Assembly (NCBI GenBank): GCA_951406725.2 | Contig: OX597843.1 | Span: forward strand, 1,550,001 to 1,614,000 | DNA: 64,000 nt | DNA from: Octopus vulgaris | Lineage: Eukaryota | Reading direction: 5' to 3' | In this document: positions 12,053 to 25,613 of the stretch, in pieces | Layout: each line of letters starts with the position of its first letter | Numbering within the stretch: position 1 is the stretch's first letter | Position numbers and translations under genes: made by a program | The notes under the pieces: generated by a model | The model's input: the letters and a program-made list of their open reading frames with translations, nothing else | Database searches by the model: none | Told to the model about the DNA's origin: nothing

Positions 12053-12187
12053 TTTTGTGAAATTTGATTTAGTATTTCTAAATTGAATTTTTCCCTGTAA
12101 GTTATGAATAATATTCCCTCAAATTATATATATATATATATACTGTATATATATATGTGTATGTGTGTATATATATATATATATATA

Positions 12188-12588
12188 TCTTTATATATAA
12201 AAGTGAAGTTGTGTGTCTGTCCCCTACGATTTAGATTCCTAACTACTCCCTCATTTTGCGGTGCAGAGTAACCAAAAGCGGGTATCTTATAGTCGTGATT
12301 CATATCGAGCCCTTCTGCGTATTAGCGCACGTCTACGATGAGTTTACGATTAAAAAAAAAAATTTACCATCATTTTTTCCGCAGTTTTAATGCATTTTCG
12401 CTCGGTTTATATAAGGGAAGTAACTCTCTAAAAATGTATTATTAAATCTCAGAATGTAAAAAGCTACAGTAACACCCCCCCCCTTTGTGGGTAGCCATAT
12501 TGAGATGGCTATTATACTTTACATCTCTAAAAATGCTTATATAGTTATTTCCCTTACAAACCCGAGCAACGCCGGGCGACACTGCTAG
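12188..12588 (+). mobile_element. Non-autonomous Helitron (~400 bp)
   Basis: A|TCTTTATATATAAAAG 5' end; 3' subterminal hairpin CCCGagcaacgcCGGG followed by CTAG|T; inserted at AT with no TSD (canonical Helitron termini). Confidence 0.85.
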
Positions 12589-12667
<79 letters not shown>

Positions 12668-12669
<2 letters not shown>

Positions 12670-12790
12670 TCTTTCATTCTTTTATTTGTTACAGTCATTT
12701 GACTTTCGCCATGCTGGAGCACTGCCTTTAGTCGAGCAAATCGACTCTAGGGATTATTCTTTGTAAGCCTAGTACTTATTCTATTTTGCC
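12668..12790 (-). mobile_element. SINE 3' fragment (same family as the parent of the 152-mer); also in duplication copies 2 and 3
   Basis: cagtcatttgact..gccatgctggagcactgcctttagtcgagcaaatcgac..ttattctttgtaagcctagtacttattc matches 51060-51160. Confidence 0.8.
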
Positions 12791-13350
12791 ACACACACAT
12801 ACATATACACACACACACACATACATATATACACATACGCACACACACTCACACACGTATACACACATACATCCTGCTGCTTCTTGGGAGGGTCATTGTG
12901 CCAATAACGATATGGTTACACATCTGACCAACTTCGTAATCAATCATTTGTTTAACGTGCTGGTTAAACAATCAAAGATTTATTTCTTCGTGAAAGTCCG
13001 TTCATCGCTATTTTTCGCGACCTTTTCAATAGCTTGTCCTTTCTCTTCAACGTCTGCCCTGAATTTGGCCGCGAATTAATCTTATGTCTGCGTGCATGCA
13101 TGCCTTTCTATGTGTGTGTAGATGTGTGTTTGCTTAGAAGAATAAGGGTGAGAGGAAAGGAGATTATGTCCGTGCGTGCGAGTGTGTATGTGTGTGTGTG
13201 TGTGTGCGTGCGTATGTGTGTGGTTGTGTGTACACTCGTGTGACTACTTGCATGTGTATGTGTACGTGTGTGTTAGTGTGTGTAGCCATCCATGACTAGG
13301 TATGTGTATGTATAACTGTGTCTATATACGCACATAGATTTATATGCAAG

Positions 13351-13582
13351 AGGCGGCGAGCTGGCAGAAACGTTAGCACGCCGGGCGAAATGCTTAGCAG
13401 TATTTCGTCTGCCGCTACGTTCTGAGTTCAAATTCCGCCGAGGTCGACTTTGCCTTTCATCCTCTCGGCGTCGATAAATAAAGTACCAGTTTCGCACTGG
13501 GTCGATGTAATCGACTTAATCCGTTTGTCCGTCCTTGTTTGTCCCCTCTATGTTTAGCCCCTTGTGGGTAGCAAAAGAAATA
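13351..13582 (+). mobile_element. tRNA-derived SINE with Nin/Deu-like core (copies ~16383-16613, ~19426-19657)
   Basis: Head ggcggcgagctggcagaaacgttagc, B-box-like gagttcaaattc, core gccgaggtcgactttgcctttcatcct...gtcgataaataaagtacc; homologous to 48005-48142 on the minus strand. Confidence 0.8.
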
Positions 13583-13608
13583 TATACCATGTATATATGT
13601 GAATAGAA

Positions 13609-13842
13609 GCAGGCGTGACTGTGTTGTAAGCCGTTCCGGGTTCAGTCCAGCTGCGTGGCACTTTGAGCGGGTGTTTCTACTATAGCCCTGGGTCGACTAA
13701 ACCCTTGTGAGTAGATTTGGTTGACAGAATCTGAAAAAGCTCGTCATATATGTCTTTATCAATATTTAGCAGAAGCAACAGAGTGACTCGAGGGGCGAGA
13801 GTTTCGTGTATTGACACTTGTCAAACTACACACAGACACACA

Positions 13843-13883
<41 letters not shown>

Positions 13884-14032
13884 CCATACATATGCATGAG
13901 TGGCCGTGTGGTAAGTAGCCTGCTTACCAACCACATGGTTCTGGGTTCAGCCTCATTGCGTGACGCCTTGGTCTTCTCCTAGAGCCTCAGGCCAACCAAA
14001 GCCTTGTGAGTGAATTTGGTAGACGGAAACTG
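13609..14032 (+). mobile_element. Two degenerate SINE 5' halves (13609-13748, 13897-14032)
   Basis: gtggccgtgtggtaag..aaccacatggttctgggttcag..ccttgtgagtgaatttggtagacggaaactg matches the reverse complement of 51300-51471. Confidence 0.75.
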
Positions 14033-15224
14033 TGTGTGTGTTTGTGTTTGTCCCCCCGATGGTGGCATGTATATACATAATACTGATACGTAACTGGACA
14101 GAATAAATTTAAAATCTATAAATGTCTTCGAATAACCAGTCACTCATCTGGGAAAGCCTTGAAATCAATGTTACCATCTGGGGACTATGTGTGACCGAGT
14201 GATAATAAAAAGACTGAAAGGAGGTCTGCAATCAAATAAATTTTACTCTACACTTTGCAACTGAATCAGTGGAGGCAAAGATGCCTCTCATTTACTTGAC
14301 AATTTATGCAGCACATTGCAGAAATCACAATGTAAGTGTATGTCAAAACAAACTGTTACACTGTTGTACCATTGAATTACAAATAATGCTCATCTTTTAT
14401 GCTCGGGTAACCCTACAGCTTCCAAGAGCACAACTGTATTCATTTTTGCTTAGATAAAATGACAAAATTGTAGATGTTAAGTCCCCATGGAGGGGTCTTT
14501 CTAACTTTGTAAGATGAAATTTTATAGATATTACTTCATTTGTGTCTAATCACTGCGGCCATGCTGCAGCACCGCCTTTAATCGAGCAACTCGACTCCAG
14601 GACTTATTCTTTTGTAAGCCCAGTACTGAACCCGGAATCATGTGGTTCCACACAGCCATTCCTGTGCCTGTATATACTCTCTTGTGTGACTGCGCATGCG
14701 CGAACGTGTGACTGTGCATGCGCCAAAGTAAGACTGCGCATGCGCTAAAGTTTGACTGCGCATGCGCGAACGTGTGACTGCGCATGCGCGAACGTGTGGG
14801 AAGAAGGGGAGAAGCAACATAGGTGCAGGTGTGACCATGGACGCCAACTCCGCCGCCATCGTCACACGAAAATATATGCGTTAAAATGGAAAAAAATGAT
14901 GTTAAATTATTTTTATATCGTAGACTCATCGTAGACGCGCGCTAATACCCAGAAGGGCTCGATATGAATCACGACTACAAGATACCCGCTTTTGGTTAAA
15001 CTGCACCGCAAAATGTGGGAGTATTTAGGAATCTAAATCGTAGGAGACAGACACTCACACAACTACTGTTTTATATATATAGATTTTGTGAAATTTGATT
15101 TAGTATTTCTAAATTGAATTTTTCCCTGTAAGTTATGAATAATATTCCCTCAAATTATATATATATATATATATATATACTGTATATATATATGTGTATG
15201 TGTGTATATATATATATATATATA

Positions 15225-15622
15225 TCTTTATATATAAAAGTGAAGTTGTGTGTCTGTCTCCTACGATTTAGATTCCTAACTACTCCCTCATTTTGCGGTG
15301 CAGAGTAACCAAAAGCGGGTATCTTATAGTCGTGATTCATATCGAGCCCTTCTGGGTATTAGCACACGTCTACGATGAGTTTACGATTAAAAAAAAAAAT
15401 TTACCATCATTTTTTCCGTAGTTTTAATGCATTTTCGCTCGGTTTATATAAGGGAAGTAACTCTCTAAAAATGTATTATTAAATCTCAGAATGTAAAAAG
15501 CTACAGTAACACCCCCCTTTGTGGTTAGCCATATTGAGATGGCTATTATACTTTACATCTCTAAAAATGCTTATATAGTTATTTCCCTTACAAACCCGAG
15601 CAACGCCGGGCGACACTGCTAG
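15225..15622 (+). mobile_element. Non-autonomous Helitron, copy 2
   Basis: Same termini as 12188-12588. Confidence 0.85.
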
Positions 15623-15699
<77 letters not shown>

Positions 15700-16874
15700 T
15701 CTTTCATTCTTTTATTTGTTACAGTCATTTGACTTTCGCCATGCTGGAGCACTGCCTTTAGTCGAGCAAATCGACTCTAGGGATTATTCTTTGTAAGCCT
15801 AGTACTTATTCTATTTTGCCACACACACATACATATACACACACACACACACATACATATATACACATACGCACACACACTCACACACGTATACACACAT
15901 ACATCCTGCTGCTTCTTGGGAGGGTCATTGTGCCAATAACGATATGGTTACACATCTGACCAACTTCGTAATCAATCATTTGTTTAACGTGCTGGTTAAA
16001 CAATCAAAGATTTATTTCTTCGTGAAAGTCCGTTCATCGCTATTTTTCGCGACCTTTTCAATAGCTTGTCCTTTCTCTTCAACGTCTGCCCTGAATTTGG
16101 CCGCGAATTAATCTTATGTCTGCGTGCATGCATGCCTTTCTATGTGTGTGTAGATGTGTGTTTGCTTAGAAGAATAAGGGTGAGAGGAAAGGAGATTATG
16201 TCCGTGCGTGCGAGTGTGTATGTGTGTGTGTGTGTGTGCGTGCGTATGTGTGTGGTTGTGTGTACACTCGTGTGACTACTTGCATGTGTATGTGTACGTG
16301 TGTGTTAGTGTGTGTAGCCATCCATGACTAGGTATGTGTATGTATAACTGTGTCTATATACGCACATAGATTTATATGCAAGAGGCGGCGAGCTGGCAGA
16401 AACGTTAGCACGCCGGGCGAAATGCTTAGCAGTATTTCGTCTGCCGCTACGTTCTGAGTTCAAATTCCGCCGAGGTCGACTTTGCCTTTCATCCTCTCGG
16501 CGTCGATAAATAAAGTACCAGTTTCGCACTGGGTCGATGTAATCGACTTAATCCGTTTGTCCGTCCTTGTTTGTCCCCTCTATGTTTAGCCCCTTGTGGG
16601 TAGCAAAAGAAATATATACCATGTATATATGTGAATAGAAGCAGGCGTGACTGTGTTGTAAGCCGTTCCGGGTTCAGTCCAGCTGCGTGGCACTTTGAGC
16701 GGGTGTTTCTACTATAGCCCTGGGTCGACTAAACCCTTGTGAGTAGATTTGGTTGACAGAATCTGAAAAAGCTCGTCATATATGTCTTTATCAATATTTA
16801 GCAGAAGCAACAGAGTGACTCGAGGGGCGAGAGTTTCGTGTATTGACACTTGTCAAACTACACACAGACACACA

Positions 16875-16918
<44 letters not shown>

Positions 16919-18259
16919 ACCCATACATATGCATGAGTGGCCGTGTGGTAAGTAGCCTGCTTACCAACCACATGGTTCTGGGTTCAGCCTCATTGCGTGA
17001 CGCCTTGGTCTTCTCCTAGAGCCTCAGGCCAACCAAAGCCTTGTGAGTGAATTTGGTAGACGGAAACTGTGTGTGTGTTTGTGTTTGTCCCCCCGATGGT
17101 GGCATGTATATACATAATACTGATACGTAACTGGACAGAATAAATTTAAAATCTATAAATGTCTTCGAATAACCAGTCACTCATCTGGGAAAGCCTTGAA
17201 ATCAATGTTACCATCTGGGGACTATGTGTGACCGAGTGATAATAAAAAGACTGAAAGGAGGTCTGCAATCAAATAAATTTTACTCTACACTTTGCAACTG
17301 AATCAGTGGAGGCAAAGATGCCTCTCATTTACTTGACAATTTATGCAGCACATTGCAGAAATCACAATGTAAGTGTATGTCAAAACAAACTGTTACACTG
17401 TTGTACCATTGAATTACAAATAATGCTCATCTTTTATGCTCGGGTAACCCTACAGCTTCCAAGAGCACAACTGTATTCATTTTTGCTTAGATAAAATGAC
17501 AAAATTGTAGATGTTAAGTCCCCATGGAGGGGTCTTTCTAACTTTGTAAGATGAAATTTTATAGATATTACTTCATTTGTGTCTAATCACTGCGGCCATG
17601 CTGCAGCACCGCCTTTAATCGAGCAACTCGACTCCAGGACTTATTCTTTTGTAAGCCCAGTACTGAACCCGGAATCATGTGGTTCCACACAGCCATTCCT
17701 GTGCCTGTATATACTCTCTTGTGTGACTGCGCATGCGCGAACGTGTGACTGTGCATGCGCCAAAGTAAGACTGCGCATGCGCTAAAGTTTGACTGCGCAT
17801 GCGCGAACGTGTGACTGCGCATGCGCGAACGTGTGGGAAGAAGGGGAGAAGCAACATAGGTGCAGGTGTGACCATGGACGCCAACTCCGCCGCCATCGAC
17901 ACACGAAAATATATGCGTTAAAATGGAAAAAAATGATGTTAAATTATTTTTATATCGTAGACTCATCGTAGACGCGCGCTAATACCCAGAAGGGCTCGAT
18001 ATGAATCACGACTACAAGATACCCGCTTTTGGTTAAACTGCACCGCAAAATGTGGGAGTATTTAGGAATCTAAATCGTAGGAGACAGACACTCACACAAC
18101 TACTGTTTTATATATATAGATTTTGTGAAATTTGATTTAGTATTTCTAAATTGAATTTTTCCCTGTAAGTTATGAATAATATTCCCTCAAATTATATATA
18201 TATATATATATATACTGTATATATATATGTGTATGTGTGTATATATATATATATATATA

Positions 18260-18657
18260 TCTTTATATATAAAAGTGAAGTTGTGTGTCTGTCTCCTACG
18301 ATTTAGATTCCTAACTACTCCCTCATTTTGCGGTGCAGAGTAACCAAAAGCGGGTATCTTATAGTCGTGATTCATATCGAGCCCTTCTGGGTATTAGCAC
18401 ACGTCTACGATGAGTTTACGATTAAAAAAAAAATTTACCATCATTTTTTCCGTAGTTTTAATGCATTTTCGCTCGGTTTATATAAGGGAAGTAACTCTCT
18501 AAAAATGTATTATTAAATCTCAGAATGTAAAAAGCTACAGTAACACCCCCCCTTTGTGGTTAGCCATATTGAGATGGCTATTATACTTTACATCTCTTAA
18601 AAATGCTTTATAGTTATTTCCCTTACAAACCCGAGCAACGCCGGGCGATACTGCTAG
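18260..18657 (+). mobile_element. Non-autonomous Helitron, copy 3
   Basis: Same termini as 12188-12588. Confidence 0.85.
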
Positions 18658-18738
<81 letters not shown>

Positions 18739-19917
18739 TCTTTCTTTTATTCTTTTATTTGTTACAGTCATTTGACTTTCGCCATGCTGGAGCACTGCCT
18801 TTAGTCGAGCAAATCGACTCTAGGGATTATTCTTTGTAAGCCTAGTACTTATTCTATTTTGCCACACACACATACATATACACACACACACACACATACA
18901 TATATACACATACGCACACACACTCACACACGTATACACACATACATCCTGCTGCTTCTTGGGAGGGTCATTGTGCCAATAACGATATGGTTACACATCT
19001 GACCAACTTCGTAATCAATCATTTGTTTAACGTGCTGGTTAAACAATCAAAGATTTATTTCTTCGTGAAAGTCCGTTCATCGCTATTTTTCGCGACCTTT
19101 TCAATAGCTTGTCCTTTCTCTTCAACGTCTGCCCTGAATTTGGCCGCGAATTAATCTTATGTCTGCGTGCATGCATGCCTTTCTATGTGTGTGTAGATGT
19201 GTGTTTGCTTAGAAGAATAAGGGTGAGAGGAAAGGAGATTATGTCCGTGCGTGCGAGTGTGTATGTGTGTGTGTGTGTGTGCGTGCGTATGTGTGTGGTT
19301 GTGTGTACACTCGTGTGACTACTTGCATGTGTATGTGTACGTGTGTGTTAGTGTGTGTAGCCATCCATGACTAGGTATGTGTATGTATAACTGTGTCTAT
19401 ATACGCACATAGATTTATATGCAAGAGGCGGCGAGCTGGCAGAAACGTTAGCACGCCGGGCGAAATGCTTAGCAGTATTTCGTCTGCCGCTACGTTCTGA
19501 GTTCAAATTCCGCCGAGGTCGACTTTGCCTTTCATCCTCTCGGCGTCGATAAATAAAGTACCAGTTTCGCACTGGGTCGATGTAATCGACTTAATCCGTT
19601 TGTCCGTCCTTGTTTGTCCCCTCTATGTTTAGCCCCTTGTGGGTAGCAAAAGAAATATATACCATGTATATATGTGAATAGAAGCAGGCGTGACTGTGTT
19701 GTAAGCCGTTCCGGGTTCAGTCCAGCTGCGTGGCACTTTGAGCGGGTGTTTCTACTATAGCCCTGGGTCGACTAAACCCTTGTGAGTAGATTTGGTTGAC
19801 AGAATCTGAAAAAGCTCGTCATATATGTCTTTATCAATATTTAGCAGAAGCAACAGAGTGACTCGAGGGGCGAGAGTTTCGTGTATTGACACTTGTCAAA
19901 CTACACACAGACACACA

Positions 19918-19966
<49 letters not shown>

Positions 19967-20809
19967 CCATACATATGCATGAGTGGCCGTGTGGTAAGTA
20001 GCCTGCTTACCAACCACATGGTTCTGGGTTCAGCCCCATTGCGTGACGCCTTGGTCTTCTCCTAGAGCCTCAGGCCAACCAAAGCCTTGTGAGTGAATTT
20101 GGTAGACGGAAACTGTGTGTGTGTTTGTGTTTGTCCCCCCGATGGTGGCATGTATATACATAATACTGATACGTAACTGGACAGAATAAATTTAAAATCT
20201 ATAAATGTCTTCGAATAACCAGTCACTCATCTGGGAAAGCCTTGAAATCAATGTTACCATCTGGGGACTATGTGTGACCGAGTGATAATAAAAAGACTGA
20301 AAGGAGGTCTGCAATCAAATAAATTTTACTCTACACTTTGCAACTGAATCAGTGGAGGCAAAGATGCCTCTCATTTACTTGACAATTTATGCAGCACATT
20401 GCAGAAATCACAATGTAAGTGTATGTCAAAACAAACTGTTACACTGTTGTACCATTGAATTACAAATAATGCTCATCTTTTATGCTCGGGTAACCCTACA
20501 GCTTCCAAGAGCACAACTGTATTCATTTTTGCTTAGATAAAATGACAAAATTGTAGATGTTAAGTCCCCATGGAGGGGTCTTTCTAACTTTGTAAGATGA
20601 AATTTTATAGATATTACTTCATTTGTGTCTAATGTCTATGGTTAAAATTTCATCAACAGCAAAAATATATGAATTGTCATGGGGGTTATGGCCCTTATGC
20701 ATAGAATATAATTTCCAAATTTCATAAAGATTCATTCAGTACTTTTGACCAAGTTTTGGATCATAAAAGAAATTACTAAAATTTGGGATTTATGGCTCCC
20801 ATTAGGGTG

Positions 20810-20860
<51 letters not shown>

Positions 20861-21140
20861 TACACACACACAAAGATAAATTGATAGATACAACTGAGTG
20901 GGCAAACAAAAATATGAGACACAGCCTAGTGCTTTTTTATGTTGATAAGCCTAGTACTTACTCTATTAGTTTGTTCTTGTGAAACCAGTAAGTTATGTGG
21001 ATGTAAATAAGTGAACAGCAGTTGTGAAGCAGTGATGAGGGCGAAACACAGAGACAAAGACACACACATACACTTACATATATACATACATATATATACG
21101 ATTTATTTGTTACAGTTCCTGTCTACGAAATCCATATATA

Positions 21141-23844
21141 TTGTTGTTGGCATCCTTTTTGTCTCAGGAGACAATGGAGTTGCGCATAAAATAATCTAGT
21201 CCGGCTTTTACATTTCATGTCCTAATACATCTCTTGCTGTGGCTGTGTAGTCCTATCCGGGACAAACACTCCCTCTGGCAGGTGCCGTAAATGTAGCGAA
21301 GACTTTGCCTGACTGGTTGTAATGTCATAGTTTTTTGTTGACGTCTTTTCTTGTCTTTCCATTTCTCCTTTCTCACTATGTCACTCCTTTGTGTTCCCTC
21401 TTTTACGATACATCGCCAATCTCCACGGTTGGTGGCAACTGCTTCCCAGTTGGTAATATTGATGTTGCAGGCATTCATGTCCCTTTTGCAAACATCCTTG
21501 TATCGTAAGAATGGTCTTCCCACAGACCTAGTACCCCTAGCAAGCTCTCCGTTGAGTATGTCCTTGGGGATTCTGCCATCTTCCATACGGCTAACATGTC
21601 CAAGCGATCTCATACGTCTTTGTGTGAAGAGTGCAAACATGCTTGGTATTCCTGCTTGCTTGAGGACATCTTTGTTAGGGACATGATTCTGCCATTTGAT
21701 GCGATGGATTTTCCGGAGACAGCGCAAGTGAAAGATATTTAGGCGACGTATGGCGTCGTATGGCGTGTGTATGGCGTCAAAGTCATACAGTAGAGTGCTA
21801 AGTACACATGCCTGGTAAATCTTCATTTTTGTGGTCTTGGTCAGCTTATTGTTGTCCCATGCGCGTTTGATGAGTTGGGCTATCACAGCAGCTGCCTTGC
21901 CAATGCGTATATTGAGCTCAGCATCAAGGGATAGGTTGTAGGTGACGGTAGAGCCAAGATAGGTAAACTTCTCCACCTCCTATACTCTGTGGTCTCCAAT
22001 ATGTATGTTTGGGATGTCCGATGTAGCCTGACCCATGATGTTGGTATTCTTGAGGCTGATAACTAAGCCAAAGTTGCCAAATGCTTGCTCAAAACAGTTG
22101 CTGAGCCTTCGTAGGGCTTCTTCTGTGTGTGATACCAGAGCGGCATCATCAGCAAATAGCATCTCCTTGATCAGGACGCTTCTGAGATTTTGATCTTGGC
22201 ACGCAGACGCGAGAGATTAAACAGTTTCCCATCACTTCTACTGTGCAGAAACACTCCATCATTTGATGTCTCAAAGGCATGTGACAGCAGCAGCGAGAAG
22301 AAGATGCCAAATAATGTAGGAGCAAGGACACAACCTTGCTCTACCCCATTTTTTATTTGGAAGGCGGCTGATGTTGAACCATTGTGCTGTATGGTGCCTT
22401 GCATATTAGCTTGGAATGATTTGATGATCCTCAGCAGCTTTGGTGGACATCCGATTTTTTGGAGCAGGATGAAGAGGTCTTTTCTACTTACCAAGTCAAA
22501 GCCCTTTGTCAGATCAATGAAGGCCATATATAATGGCATGTTCTGCTCTCTGGACTTCTGAAGTTGGCGTATGGAGAATATCATGTCAATAGTTGATCTG
22601 CTTCTAAAGCCACACTGCGATTCTGGATAAATTCGAGAAGCAATTAGTTGCAGCCTGGACAGGATAATGCGAGCAGAGGCCTTTCCAACTGTGCTTAGAA
22701 GAGATATTCCACGGTAATTGTTACAATCATCACGGTCACTTTTATTTTTGTAAAGCGTAATGATGTTAGCATCCCGCATATTCTGAGGGACTGTACCCTC
22801 TTACCAGCACTGACACAGAAGCTCATGAATGTGCCGAAGCAGGATGGTATTTTTGCCGGTTTTGATGATCTCTAAGGGGATGCCGTCTTTCCCCGGAGCC
22901 TTGTTACTTGCTAGGGAGTCAATAGATTTGGTGAGCTCTGCTATAGATGGTAGACTGTCAAGTTCACACATGACTGGCAAGATCTTGACACCCTCGATTG
23001 CAGCCTCAGCTACGTCTCGTGTGTAAGGATCCTGGTAGTACTCCATCCATGTATCCATTTGCTTGCTTTGGTCCTTGATGAGATCTCCAGTAGTTGATTT
23101 CAGAGGGGCTGAGGTGGTTGCGGATGGACCGAGGGCCTTCTTCAAACCGGCATACATCCCACGGGTGTCACCACTGTCAGCATCTGACTGGATACTCTGA
23201 CAGATTTCCTGTCAATACCCATTTGCACAGCGTCTGGCAGTGAGTTGGGTTTTATTTCTTGCCTTTCTGAGTTCTTCGAGTGACTTTGTAGAAGAAACAC
23301 TCATGTATTGCATCAGAGCTGCACGCTTTGCTTCGATAACTGTTTCCAGCTCTGAGAGCCCAGCACTGAACAAAATCTGGGTTTTACCTTTCTCTCATTC
23401 CGAAAGTATCTATTGATGTGGTATACAAAGCTTCCCTGATATAATTCCACCTACTTTCAGCAGAGGAGGTTGGGCAGCTACTGAGGGCAACCTTGATAGA
23501 AACAGCAAAACATTGTCGCAGTGTAGGGTCCGAGGTTCTGGCAGTGTTAATGCGTGGTTGGCTCATTTTCTTGGAGTGATGGACTTTTTAGGCAGAATCC
23601 TCACCCTTCTTATTAGTGAATGATCTGTGTCACAATCCGCGCTACGGGTCAGTTGAACAGAATTCAGAAAGGATCTTCGTGTAATGATGAGATCCAACTG
23701 ATGCCAGTGGTGAGATCTTGGATGTCTCCAAGATGCCTTGTGGGATGTCTTGTTGGGAAAGAATGTGTTGGTGATGCACAGGTTATGGTATGTGCAAAAT
23801 TCAAGTAGTCTCTGGCCATTGTCATTCATGTTGCCAATACTAAA
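21141..23844 (-). mobile_element. 5'-truncated, frameshifted RTE-clade LINE (partial APE endonuclease, reverse transcriptase, C-terminal Cys/His motif)
   Basis: ORF fragments carry SWRHPRSHHWHQLDLIITRR (endonuclease), NYRGISLLS, FIDLTKGFD, GVEQGCVLAPTLF, LFADD, FTYLGS and CQRECLSRIGLHSHSKRC; short (CAA)n tail at 21141-21150. Confidence 0.92.
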
Positions 23845-23921
23845 ACACATACACTTACATATATACATACATATATATACGATTGATTTGTTTCAGTTCC
23901 TGTCCACGAAATCCATATATA

Positions 23922-24245
23922 TGTGAGACACTGCGTAGAGCTTTTTAAATTTTGATAAGCCTGGTACTTATTCTATCAGTTTCTTCTTGTGAAACCAGTA
24001 TGTTATGGGGATGTAAATAAACGAACACCAGTTGTGAAGCAGTGATGAGGGAGAAACACAAAGACACACACACAGACTTACATACATACATAGATATATA
24101 TACGATTGATTTCTTTCAGTTTCTGTCTACAAAATCCACTGACAAGGCTTTGGTTGGTCTCAGGCTATAGTAGAAGACACATGCCAAGTTACCACACAGT
24201 GGGGCTGAACTGAGAACCATGTGTTTTGGAACCATATGAATACTT
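23922..24245 (-). mobile_element. Degenerate SINE
   Basis: tttcagtttctgtctacaaaatccactgacaaggctttgg..ggctatagtagaagacac..gaaccatgtg homologous to 51140-51471. Confidence 0.75.
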
Positions 24246-24572
24246 ATGCATAAATCTAAAATCTTAAATAATTTCTTTGTTATCAGTAAAAAAATGGAAT
24301 ATTCCCAAAATTGCATGATTAACTTAAATGATTTTCATTTCTTATTTAAATGTGGTAATTCTCTTGAAAATATTATTTATCGATACACAAAAACTGAACT
24401 TTCACAACTTGAATACTCACTATGTAGTGCCTTACTGCTGGATTTTACCTCGAGAAAGGAACCCTGAGGAAGGAGGGCTGAATTTCGAATACTTCGTACA
24501 ACAAACGGCTGCAGGTTAGGAAAAAAATTTAATCGCCTCTTTCAATTTAGGTTTTTATTTTTCATGTTTATA

Positions 24573-25139
24573 TTGGGTTGTCCGGAAAGTTCGTTCCGAT
24601 TTTTAAAGGAAAGTACATGGTCACTAAATACTTGCCATTACATTTTTAATGAACCAAATCTGAACCATTTCGTTGCACAATACGTCTCCATCTTACATTT
24701 ACCTTAAAAATACCCTCTTCCCAGAATTGGGGTGGTTTCAAGGCAAATAATTCATCAAGGTATCTTTTTACGTCATCTAAGGAATTGAAATTTTCACCAT
24801 TAAGACTATTCTGCAGAGACCTGAATAAGTGGAAATCCGAAGGAGTAATATCTGGTGAATATGGAGGGTGGGGTAAGTCACCCCAGCCAAGCTGCAGCAA
24901 TTTTTGTCTGGTTCCCAAAGCATCAAATGCCGATAATGAATTTTTCTCATCTTTTAATTTAAAGGGTTACAGAATTAACACAGGTTATTGGAACATGAAC
25001 CTTCTTCCACGAAAAGATAGATTAAACTGTGCTCCAAATGGAGGTGTAGTCAAATCCTATTTTATGGACTCAAACATGTTCTAAAATAAGTCGAAATATA
25101 AGCTACTATAAATCTGCAAGAACTTTCCGGACAACCCAA
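24573..25139 (-). mobile_element. Internally deleted mariner element with TIRs and TA duplication
   Basis: TA|ttgggttgtccggaaagttc ... gaactttccggacaacccaa|TA; transposase C-terminus at 24646-24918 (PHPPYSPDITPSDFHLFRSLQ). Confidence 0.92.
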
Positions 25140-25613
25140 TATTTCTATATTTTTATCATGAAATTTTTAATATAAATATGTGGATATTCGTATGGAATAA
25201 TACCTCATGTGCTACATCTGAATTTTCTTGTCTGAATGTTTTAAGACAAATATCCGAAATTTTTATCGTATACCACATTTTATTAATACTTAGCTCATAT
25301 ACGGAGACAAAAATGTTGTACTATATACTGCAGGTTATCTCCATTAAAATTATATTTAGCATTAGAATTCTTCAAGTTGTATAAAAATGGTTATTGTCTG
25401 CATCATTCGAAAGCAAAATAAATTTTGCATAAGGTGTAAAAGATAAAAATAATTTGTATGGTGTTAGTAACAAAATATTTTGTAAGAAATAGAACTTTTA
25501 TCGTCTGTCTTAAATATATTTTCGCCAGTGTATATATCTCAGGTCATCCCATAAGTTCTGTTTGAATTTTGGATAAATAATACAAGTGATCAAATGTTAT
25601 ATTTAATTGAAAG

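Larger units (their letters stand above)
11519..20633 (+). repeat. Tandem segmental triplication, unit ~3.03-3.04 kb (11519-14550, 14551-17587, 17588-20633)
   Basis: Junction ...tgtgtctaat|cactgcggcc at 14550 and 17587. Identical ORF-track peptides recur at ~3.03-kb offsets (e.g. 13034/16066/19109). Copies differ mainly in microsatellite lengths. Confidence 0.96.
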
